Assembly (NCBI GenBank): GCA_965369305.1
Contig: CBDUQG010000001.1
Coordinates: 1 to 36,414 of the forward strand
Length of the DNA: 36,414 bases
Reading direction: 5' to 3'
Source of the DNA: an uncultured bacterium
Lineage (GTDB): Bacteria > Patescibacteriota > Gracilibacteria > UM-FILTER-43-11
Below the pieces are notes generated by a model. That model was not told the origin of the DNA, ran no database searches, and was given only the letters and a program-made list of their open reading frames with translations. How positions within the stretch are numbered: the stretch's first letter is position 1; every line of letters starts with the position of its first letter. A program made the position numbers and the translations under genes. This document shows, piece after piece, positions 17,380-24,430 of the stretch.

Positions 17380-17411
17380 CCTGTTTCTTTTTATTTTTTA
17401 TAAATCTTTCT

Positions 17412-17440
17412 ATTATACCAAAAAAAGGCCCATCTTTCAA
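17412..17440 (-). promoter_or_regulatory. candidate promoter of the GT-GH57-GH15 operon (TTGAAA-17-TATAAT with TGn extension)
   Basis: The minus strand reads TTGAAA (17440-17435), a 17-nt spacer ending in TGG, then TATAAT (17417-17412). This lies about 33 nt upstream of the ATG at 17379. Confidence 0.5.
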
Positions 17441-17452
17441 GGGTTTAGGGCC
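17420..17452 (-). terminator. candidate intrinsic terminator after the GGDEF gene
   Basis: The minus strand has a GGCCC(17452-17448)...GGGCC(17431-17427) stem followed by a T7 run (17426-17420). The stem is short (5 bp) and the loop long (16 nt), so the call is weak. It overlaps the downstream promoter. Confidence 0.35.
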
Positions 17453-17500
17453 AGAAAAAGCCAAAAATGGCAAGTTAGAGTAGTCTGCGCTACAGAGTGC

Positions 17501-18511
17501 TTATTTCACTGCTTTTGGAGCGGGAAAACTGCTCCGTCTTTTACTGTATTCCACTCGATATTCTTCGATTTCTTCGGGGCTAACCACTCGATTATTACAA
17601 GCAATCTGGCCACGGCGGTTCGCTGTGACGCCATCTGCATCGGCCACCTTGCCCTTTAGTATGTACAAACAGGTATCCGCACGTCTCATGAGCTCTTTTG
17701 CACCTGGATCGTCAGCAAAATGTGTGTATTCCGAAATCCCGATACTCGTTGTCACAGGAATTTCAACAAGCTTCCCTTCCTTGTCTGTGACCTTAAACTT
17801 AGATGAGCCAACTTGCTTAGAAATACGCTCAGCCACAATACAGGCCCCTTCTTGAGCTGTGCCAGGCAAAATGAGGGCAAACTCCTCGCCCCCGTAGCGA
17901 ACCACGGCGTCCAGGCGCCTCAACTTGGAATCTTGGGACAGGCGACGAGCCATTTCCTGGAGCACATCATCACCGGCTTCATGACCGTAGGTGTCGTTAA
18001 CGGCTTTAAAGTGATCTAAGTCAAAAATAATGAATGAAAAAGTCTGACCAAAACGTGCATTTCGCTCCAGGGCGTCTTTCAAGCTACGATCAAAGACCTT
18101 TCGATTAGGCAATCCAGTAAGTTCATCAATACCGATTTTGCGTAAATGAACCAGGCTCTCATAACTAAGTCTCATCATTTCCTCAGTTTCGTTCACATAG
18201 ATGCCACAAAGATCTTCAAAGGCTTTCTCAGGATCCTTGGCCCCTCTGACCAGGGAAACGATTCGTGGGAGATCATTAGCAATTCGAACTCTCATGGCTG
18301 CCTGTACCTTGTCGTGGAGCTCTTCTTTAGTCACTCCATTTCCGTTCAGTTCAGGGTGTCTCTTTCGATTTGGCCAGAAATTCTCAATACCCTCCCTTAC
18401 CAAATCATCAGAAAAGTCCTTCATTTGGCTTAGGGGGCTGATGATTTCCTGGGATTCCGGCATAGCCTCAGCCACTCCAGAATCACTCTTCTCTTCTTTC
18501 GGAAAGTTCAC
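17501..18511 (-). CDS. diguanylate cyclase (GGDEF domain) with RxxD inhibitory site and uncharacterised N-terminal domain
   Basis: 336-aa ORF with the active site RYGGEEF (17879-17899). RRLD lies five residues upstream (17909-17920), matching PleD-type I-site spacing. DLDHFKAVND is also present. A GTG start is annotated, and an in-frame ATG (M17) is an alternative start. Confidence 0.88.
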   Translation of the reverse strand: MNFPKEEKSDSGVAEAMPESQEIISPLSQMKDFSDDLVREGIENFWPNRKRHPELNGNGVTKEELHDKVQAAMRVRIANDLPRIVSLVRGAKDPEKAFEDLCGIYVNETEEMMRLSYESLVHLRKIGIDELTGLPNRKVFDRSLKDALERNARFGQTFSFIIFDLDHFKAVNDTYGHEAGDDVLQEMARRLSQDSKLRRLDAVVRYGGEEFALILPGTAQEGACIVAERISKQVGSSKFKVTDKEGKLVEIPVTTSIGISEYTHFADDPGAKELMRRADTCLYILKGKVADADGVTANRRGQIACNNRVVSPEEIEEYRVEYSKRRSSFPAPKAVK

Positions 18512-18577
18512 TTTGGAAAAACAACTTTAATAAGCGTCGTTTTTTAAAACGACAGTGCCGAGAGGATAGCACTAATA

Positions 18578-18850
18578 TTACTGCTCAGCAACCAGTGGTT
18601 CACGCTCCCAAACTTCCATAGACCGTTGATCAGACGGAGTTCTGTTTGGATCTGAGGGTTCGCGATAGCCAGGTGAAGAAGCCTCAATAGTACTATCAAC
18701 ATCATCACGAACTCCCTGGAGCGCGTTGATTTGCTCAACCGTAACGCTTGGCGTATCAGGCCCGGTTATACTCTCAAGAAAAGCCCTTCGGGGATTGCGT
18801 TGGGGGGTGGCAACTTCAGTAAAGTGAGATGGGATTGCTGACTGTGCCAT
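18578..18850 (-). CDS. hypothetical small protein (90 aa), weak call
   Basis: It is the only sizeable ORF in the 412-nt gap between the ROK and GGDEF genes. No recognisable motif or SD is present. An A/T-rich palindromic hairpin (GTCGTTT/AAACGAC, 18536-18553) follows it. Confidence 0.3.
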   Translation of the reverse strand: MAQSAIPSHFTEVATPQRNPRRAFLESITGPDTPSVTVEQINALQGVRDDVDSTIEASSPGYREPSDPNRTPSDQRSMEVWEREPLVAEQ

Positions 18851-18923
18851 GATGTGATGGGTTAATAACTAAACCTGATCCACTTCCAAAATAGCAGGAA
18901 ACCCCAAAATAAACAAGCATTTT

Positions 18924-19769
18924 TTAGCGTCCAGCAGCCATCATCGCGATTCCGAGTGCCACTGATGTATCCTTACCGGCATCCATGATTTTAGGCCCTT
19001 TTTTATCCAGTGATTTGGAGGCAATCACTTTTTCCAGTTTCTTCTTGTCTCCAGCCAAAAAATGGCGGTAAACAGAGCCGCCCAGCACGATCACTTCAGG
19101 ATTGAAAATCAGGTTTAGGTTGGCCAGTCCCACGCCCAGATACTCCAGAATATGCTTTCGCACCTTGGGATCCTGAGCCTCTTTGCCTTTAGCCTTTAGC
19201 TCCTTGGCGATTTTCCCGATGTAGGAGCCAGCCGTGTTCTCCTCAAGAGTTTTGAGCTTACCAGCCTGCCGAACAATCATATGTCCAACTTCGCCAGCGT
19301 ATCCTTGAGCTCCATAAATCAACAGTCCTTCATTCAAAATAGCGCCACCAACACCGGTTCCCACCATCACAGCCACGATATTCTGATACTTCTGCAGTTT
19401 GGCACGCTCTTTTTCGGCCCACAAAAAAGCATTGATGTCATTGTCGATATAAACCTCTTTCCTAAAACGACCTTCGATCATTTTCTTGAGAGGTAGGTTG
19501 TTTTTGGTAGGCAGATGGGGAGCCTTAACCAGGGTGCCTTTTTCTAGATTCACGATGCCCGGAAGAGCAATGCCAATGGTTTTGATGCCCCGGTGCATGT
19601 GATCGTGGATGAGTTCCATGAGTTGATCTACAAAGCCTTTCTGCCCTTTTTTGGTCTGAGTTGGCACTTTCGTTTCATCCACCAGTTCCATTTTTTTATC
19701 AAAAGTCTGCACCAGAATTTTGGTGCCGCCCACATCAACTCCCATGATTTCAGCGCGCTTTGCGTACAT
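18924..19769 (-). CDS. ROK family sugar kinase (glucokinase-like)
   Basis: 281-aa ORF with the ATP-binding MGVDVGGTKI, plus DNDINAF, VGTGVGGAI and GYAGEVGHM. The ATG follows the upstream stop after 1 nt. M9 is an alternative start. Confidence 0.88.
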   Translation of the reverse strand: MYAKRAEIMGVDVGGTKILVQTFDKKMELVDETKVPTQTKKGQKGFVDQLMELIHDHMHRGIKTIGIALPGIVNLEKGTLVKAPHLPTKNNLPLKKMIEGRFRKEVYIDNDINAFLWAEKERAKLQKYQNIVAVMVGTGVGGAILNEGLLIYGAQGYAGEVGHMIVRQAGKLKTLEENTAGSYIGKIAKELKAKGKEAQDPKVRKHILEYLGVGLANLNLIFNPEVIVLGGSVYRHFLAGDKKKLEKVIASKSLDKKGPKIMDAGKDTSVALGIAMMAAGR

Positions 19770-19770
19770 G

Positions 19771-20502
19771 CTATTTGGCTAGTTCAACCCAAACGGGCAG
19801 GTGGTCAGAATGTTCCACTGGAATCACCCCGGCATTCTTGATCCGAAGGCCCGGACTGGCAAAGAAGAGGTCCAGGTAGCGGCTCGGAGAAATACTTGGA
19901 AAAGTGGGCGTGTTGGTCACTCGCTTAAGGCCAGTCTGCCTCACAAAATCCTTGAGTTCGTTCAGGCCTTTATGAATATTAAAGTCCCCGCAAACCAGGT
20001 GAGGGCGTGGACATTTTTTAAGGATTTCAGCTAGCTCAATCATCTGTTTTTTGCGAACTCGTTCGCTCAGAACGGCCAGGTGAACAGTAAAAATACTGAC
20101 TCCTTCAACCACATATTCCTGCACCAGCTTCTTCATCCCGGACTTCAGAAAATGCTGCCGGAATTCACCCTGCCTCCGTGAAAGAATGGCATCGTGCTGT
20201 TTGCGAATCATGGTCATGAATTTCCAGATAGACCAATTTCGATATTTTGCCTTTGTATCGTAAAAGGGGAGGAGTAACTTGCCTGCTAAATGCTTGGCCT
20301 GGCAGCGGAAGCGGTTGCGAAAAGAGCCACTATCTACTTCTACGAGGCACAGTACATCAGGATTTTCCTTTTTTAAGGTTTCCACAATGCCCTTTAAATA
20401 ATTAAAAGGGAGCCAAAAAAAGCGCCAGCTCTCCGAAATATAGCGTTTCCAGGAGCCGTTCATACCCGTTCCATAGGCGATGTTGTAAAACATAATCTTC
20501 AT
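19771..20502 (-). CDS. endonuclease/exonuclease/phosphatase (EEP) family protein
   Basis: 243-aa ORF with N-terminal MFYNIAYG...DVLCLVEVD, VCGDFN and a C-terminal SDHLPV. This is the EEP catalytic motif set. Confidence 0.8.
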   Translation of the reverse strand: MKIMFYNIAYGTGMNGSWKRYISESWRFFWLPFNYLKGIVETLKKENPDVLCLVEVDSGSFRNRFRCQAKHLAGKLLLPFYDTKAKYRNWSIWKFMTMIRKQHDAILSRRQGEFRQHFLKSGMKKLVQEYVVEGVSIFTVHLAVLSERVRKKQMIELAEILKKCPRPHLVCGDFNIHKGLNELKDFVRQTGLKRVTNTPTFPSISPSRYLDLFFASPGLRIKNAGVIPVEHSDHLPVWVELAK

Positions 20503-20503
20503 C

Positions 20504-20532
20504 TTTGAGGCTCAAAAATCTGCTGCTATAAT
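20504..20532 (+). promoter_or_regulatory. candidate promoter (TTTGAG-17-TATAAT) for the secreted-protein gene
   Basis: TTTGAG lies at 20504-20509, followed by a 17-nt spacer and TATAAT at 20527-20532. This is 23 nt upstream of the ATG at 20556. Confidence 0.45.
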
Positions 20533-20555
20533 CGAGTTAATTAAAGCAAATAATC

Positions 20556-21707
20556 ATGAAAAAAAGAAACCTATTATTGTTGCTTCCACTACTAGCACTT
20601 ATGGCCTTGCCTGTTTACGCGGACACACTTGAGAGTGTTCGAGTTATCAAGTTCTGGGACGACACAGACGATTTAGTCGTAGAAAGAGCCGATGGCGAAA
20701 GACTTTTGATTCAGCACAATCGGGTATGCAGCACCATGTCTACCGAATTCCCTATGCAAATTCTCTGGTCTGACGGCGAGATCACGCAGGCCAAGGTAGC
20801 TTCAAATGAACTTTGTGATGTTTACAACTTTGGGCCTTATTCTTCGGAGGTAAAGATTGTTGAGCGCATTCCAAGTTCTAATGCTCTAGCCGCGGAACAT
20901 CTGGCCGAAATCGAGTATCGAGGAGGGCGCTACCGGATTGATTACGGAGAAGGATGCCGCAACCTCAAGGAATATGTGAATCACACAGCTTTCGTCCATA
21001 CGCCGGAGGGAGGCTTAGAAGGAGCCACGTTCTACCTGCCTAAGGCAAGAGGTCAGTGTGAAATCAGCTCAGCCGACTTTCTGGAAGAAACGGAACGCGA
21101 ATCCAGCGTTGCTGAATCTCCCATCAAGAACCTGAGGACGAAAGCGGAAAACAACCAGGCTTTCCTCAGTTGGGATGCCTTCCCAGAAGACGAGACATGG
21201 TTGGTGCTTGTAGCTCATAGCAAATACCCGCTAAATCCGGACGAGTATACCCTAAAACAGATGCCTAAGCTCAAGCGTACCAAGCAGAATTCCATTCGCA
21301 TTCTGCAACTGGTGAATGATCAGGATTATTATTTTTACATCACCGCAAGCAATGCCGAAGGAGAGCTAGCCCCTTGGATGGAAGTGCCAATCACTCCGAT
21401 CCAGACGGCTAGGCGTATCATCAACCAGCCTGATCCCGAGGAGTTCGAGATTGAGATGACTGAAACCGATGATGCCTTCATTCTCAATTGGCCTGACAAA
21501 GGCGAAGTAAGCCGCAAGTACATGATCATGGTTTATGTCGATGGCAAGCGCGAAATCTTCAAGTTAATTGATGGGGCGATTCCTGAGTATGTACTTGAGA
21601 AAAGACCTGAGTGGGAAAGCTCACGTTTTCGCATGACTGTGCGCTCTATGCCATTTAAGCCAACAGACGCCAGGCACTTTGATAGTATCTTCTGGCGCAA
21701 GGGTTAA
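20556..21707 (+). CDS. secreted hypothetical protein with two fibronectin type III-like modules
   Basis: 383-aa ORF with the signal peptide [22 protein letters not shown]|D. The first Fn3-like pattern is AFLSWDAF...[18 protein letters not shown] second module runs FILNWPD...FRMTVRSM. Confidence 0.65.
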   Translation: MKKRNLLLLLPLLALMALPVYADTLESVRVIKFWDDTDDLVVERADGERLLIQHNRVCSTMSTEFPMQILWSDGEITQAKVASNELCDVYNFGPYSSEVKIVERIPSSNALAAEHLAEIEYRGGRYRIDYGEGCRNLKEYVNHTAFVHTPEGGLEGATFYLPKARGQCEISSADFLEETERESSVAESPIKNLRTKAENNQAFLSWDAFPEDETWLVLVAHSKYPLNPDEYTLKQMPKLKRTKQNSIRILQLVNDQDYYFYITASNAEGELAPWMEVPITPIQTARRIINQPDPEEFEIEMTETDDAFILNWPDKGEVSRKYMIMVYVDGKREIFKLIDGAIPEYVLEKRPEWESSRFRMTVRSMPFKPTDARHFDSIFWRKG

Positions 21708-21766
21708 AAAACTCTTGCCATAAGCTGGATTTGCCTATAAAATGCGCAAGCATTAACGATTTTGCC

Positions 21767-22045
21767 ATGTCACATAAGAAAGCTGGTGGTTCCACCAAAA
21801 ACGGAAGAGATTCAAATGCAAAGCGCCTTGGCGTGAAGCTTTATGCAGGTCAGAAAGTCCGGGCTGGCAACATCCTCGTGCGTCAAAAAGGGAACAAGTT
21901 TTTTGCCGGGAAGAATGTTGGAACCGGTAAAGACTTTACTCTATTTGCTGAGAAGAACGGGGTGGTTGAATTCACCGAAAAACGCCAGAAAAAGTACGAT
22001 GGTCGCGTTTATCGCAACAAGTTCGTCAACATCGTCCCAGCTTAA
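21767..22045 (+). CDS. rpmA: 50S ribosomal protein L27
   Basis: [24 protein letters not shown] is the canonical L27 N-terminus. I place the start at ATG 21767. The track ORF begins at TTG 21731, which adds 12 non-conserved residues and lies upstream of a weak TTGCCA-15-TATAAA promoter-like site (21715-21741). Confidence 0.9.
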   Translation: MSHKKAGGSTKNGRDSNAKRLGVKLYAGQKVRAGNILVRQKGNKFFAGKNVGTGKDFTLFAEKNGVVEFTEKRQKKYDGRVYRNKFVNIVPA

Positions 22046-22087
22046 AGCCTTCATTGAAGAATTGATTAAAACCATGTAGAATTCTAT

Positions 22088-22801
22088 GTGGTTTTTTTAA
22101 TTTATTCCATGCCAGAATCAGGAGATTTTGAATTATTTTCGGCCCCGGCAGCTAAAGAGCACGATGAGAAATCAGATGAGAAGTTTCGTGATGAGATGAA
22201 GCGCGCCCAGCAGGCTCAACAGCAACTCAAAAAAGAAGAGGGGCAAGCCAGAGCCCATGACGATAAGCTGGCCCAGATCATTGTTCAATTCATGGCTACA
22301 GCCAGCGGCACTGATCTCTTTCTGCTCATTTCCCGCTGTGTAGCTCAAGACATCCCATCTGAGCTCATCATTGCCGTACTTTCATTGGTGGATCGCAAGG
22401 CTTCCGAAGAAATTGAGAACATTCTCAAGGCAGGGTCTCCCGGCGCCTTAACAGCACCGAATTACAAGGATGTTCAATCTCTCAATCCAGCTCAAAAGCA
22501 AGCCATTGATGCTTGGATCAAGAATATCACCGCAGCCGCTGCTCACAAGCCGCATCGCGCCCTAGACAGCTTGCTAATTAAGAGCGTTGCCCAAAACAGC
22601 CAAGAGCTCGTCAAAGAAATCTCACCACCGTTCGTGCAGCTATCAGCCTTCATCATGCGCAATTACCTGGCCATGCAACAGACTCAGGTAGATGTAAAAA
22701 CCCTCCGGGAATTCATGGAGAATGTCTACTTCCTCATGATTCAGGATCTGGAAGAAATGGTGTCCGGGCAAAAGCAGCTGCAAACAAAGCAAGAAGGCTA
22801 A
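22088..22801 (+). CDS. hypothetical protein
   Basis: 237-aa ORF with no recognisable motif. The N-terminal 60 aa are K/E/Q-rich. The likely start is ATG 22109 (MPESGDF) rather than the GTG at 22088. Confidence 0.5.
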   Translation: MVFLIYSMPESGDFELFSAPAAKEHDEKSDEKFRDEMKRAQQAQQQLKKEEGQARAHDDKLAQIIVQFMATASGTDLFLLISRCVAQDIPSELIIAVLSLVDRKASEEIENILKAGSPGALTAPNYKDVQSLNPAQKQAIDAWIKNITAAAAHKPHRALDSLLIKSVAQNSQELVKEISPPFVQLSAFIMRNYLAMQQTQVDVKTLREFMENVYFLMIQDLEEMVSGQKQLQTKQEG

Positions 22802-23157
22802 GCAGCCTCTCCTTTCTTTAGCTCTTCGACGCTTGGATAAATCTTAAAAACACTGCCGATTCCCAGAACAGTGAAGATGTCTTCAATGTTCTTGTTCACG
22901 CCTACAATTAAAATCTTTCCGTTTTTTCCGGTTACGACCCCATGCCAGGCAACCAGTTGGCCGATGGCAAAGCTATTGAGGTAATTCAGCTTAGAAAAAT
23001 CAAAGATAAACGAACTACCTGGAGCTGCCTGATCAACTTCTGCCTGAAGATCGGCAATGGTTTCTTCAGCGTAGCCATCAAAATCCCCTTCAAAATAAAC
23101 CATCTTGGTGCTTGGCATTTCAGGGTAGTCAGTAATGCTTAGGGTAAGTTTCTGCAT
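22798..23157 (-). CDS. STAS domain protein (anti-sigma-factor antagonist / SpoIIAA-like)
   Basis: 119-aa ORF with the pattern FDFSKLNYLNSFAIGQLVAWH...KILIVGVNKNIEDIFTVLGI, which matches the STAS fold signature. It lies 3 nt downstream of ribH. Confidence 0.7.
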   Translation of the reverse strand: MQKLTLSITDYPEMPSTKMVYFEGDFDGYAEETIADLQAEVDQAAPGSSFIFDFSKLNYLNSFAIGQLVAWHGVVTGKNGKILIVGVNKNIEDIFTVLGIGSVFKIYPSVEELKKGEAA

Positions 23158-23160
23158 TTT

Positions 23161-23616
23161 TTAATTTAGATTGGTTATTTGTAAGGCGGTCTGAGCGGCT
23201 TCAACACCCTTATCAATCCTAGCTTTAGCTTGCTCAAGGTTGCTTGTGGTCAGAATGCCAAAGACAATGGGGGTGTCAATTTTCAGACTTAAGTCCATTA
23301 TACCTTGCGCGCAGGCACTCGCAATAAAATCGAAGTGTGGCGTTTCACCCTGAATGATCACCCCAATGGTAATGATGACATCCAGGTCACCAGTCTGAGC
23401 CATTTTCTGGCAGGCAATCGGAATTTCAAATGCTCCCGGCACCCGAATATTGAGGATGTTACCGTCTTCAACACCGGCAGCGAGCAAGGTTTTCATACAC
23501 TGTCCATGCATGGCATCACCAATTTCAGCGTTATAGGTGCTCTGCACAATTCCAATCTTTAAACCTGGCTTGGCGCTAAATTCCTTACCGGTGATGTTGT
23601 CTTGAATAGAGCTCAT
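23161..23616 (-). CDS. ribH: 6,7-dimethyl-8-ribityllumazine synthase
   Basis: 151-aa ORF with IVQSTYNAEI, VPGAFEIP, VITIGVIIQGETPHFDF and PIVFGILTT. Its start overlaps the ribE stop (ATGA). Confidence 0.92.
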   Translation of the reverse strand: MSSIQDNITGKEFSAKPGLKIGIVQSTYNAEIGDAMHGQCMKTLLAAGVEDGNILNIRVPGAFEIPIACQKMAQTGDLDVIITIGVIIQGETPHFDFIASACAQGIMDLSLKIDTPIVFGILTTSNLEQAKARIDKGVEAAQTALQITNLN

Positions 23617-24185
23617 TTGGTCAGTTTTTCAGCATATTTGGCTAAAATGTCTGTTTCGATATTCACTTTATCACCAATTTTCAGTTGATTCAGGTTGGTG
23701 TTCCCCCAGGTATGAGGAATGATGCCCACTATAAACTCGTCACCCTGCACGTCCATGACAGTTAGGCTGATACCGTTTACAGCAATAGAGCCGGTCGGCA
23801 CAATGTAGCGTTCCAGCCCCTCAGGCACCCTGAATTTTAGTTGGTAGGCATTGTCCACAATCTTCATTTCAAGAAGCTCGGCAGTACCCTCTACATGACC
23901 ACCGACTACATGACCTTCAAAACGTTTGGAGCCAAGCATGGCCAGTTCCAGGTTCACCATGTCGTCCTTCTTGCGCTTGCCCAAAGTAGTACGCTCAAGG
24001 GTAATAGGCATCACGTCAGCCTCAAAGGCTTTTTCATGCTTCTTGGTCACCGTTAAACAGACCCCATCTACCGCAATACTGCTACCAGTCTTAAGCTGCC
24101 AGAGAACCTCGGGGGCGTGGATGGTCAGCGAGCTTTTACCCGCTTTCTCAATTCGACCGGTGCTTTCGATAATTCCTGTAAACAC
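23613..24185 (-). CDS. ribE: riboflavin synthase alpha chain
   Basis: 190-aa ORF with the N-terminus (GTG start) MFTGIIE and two lumazine-binding repeats (SIAVDGVCLTV and SIAVNGISLTV). Confidence 0.92.
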   Translation of the reverse strand: MFTGIIESTGRIEKAGKSSLTIHAPEVLWQLKTGSSIAVDGVCLTVTKKHEKAFEADVMPITLERTTLGKRKKDDMVNLELAMLGSKRFEGHVVGGHVEGTAELLEMKIVDNAYQLKFRVPEGLERYIVPTGSIAVNGISLTVMDVQGDEFIVGIIPHTWGNTNLNQLKIGDKVNIETDILAKYAEKLTK

Positions 24186-24207
24186 AGACCTATTTTAGAG
24201 ATTTATG

Positions 24208-24334
24208 CCTTATTTTCAAGCCAAACAGCCTGCCCATGCAAACGGGATCTGATTGGAAGGTCCGCTCCAATCGTTGACACTCTCACAAAGCCGTTAAACG
24301 GCCGGTCTTCTGCCCTAGCCAAGCATTCATAAGG
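24208..24334 (-). promoter_or_regulatory. structured 5' leader of ribE-ribH; partial resemblance to the FMN (RFN) riboswitch
   Basis: On the minus strand, a closing helix CCUUAU(24334-24329)/AUAAGG(24213-24208) encloses UAGGGCAGAAGACCGGCCGUUUAACGGCU. Compare the RFN GGGCAGGG...GACCGGCGGU, but here the P2 hairpin is missing. A hairpin GAUUGGA-GCGGACCU-UCCAAUC and GCAUGGGCAG (compare GGAUGGGAGAAG) are also enclosed. The match is incomplete. Confidence 0.3.
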
Positions 24335-24430
24335 TACGCTAGGTTTACTTCTGCTCCTTATTGGGGTGTAGGAGTTGTGGCTTTTCCTAAATAATTAGGA
24401 AGTATACTATAATAGGTATACCTATATATG

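Noticed and set aside
18544-18738. 64-aa minus-strand ORF overlapping the 90-aa ORF at 18578-18850.
   Set aside because: It is shorter, overlaps in a different frame and has no start context. At most one of the two can be real, and even the longer one is a weak call.
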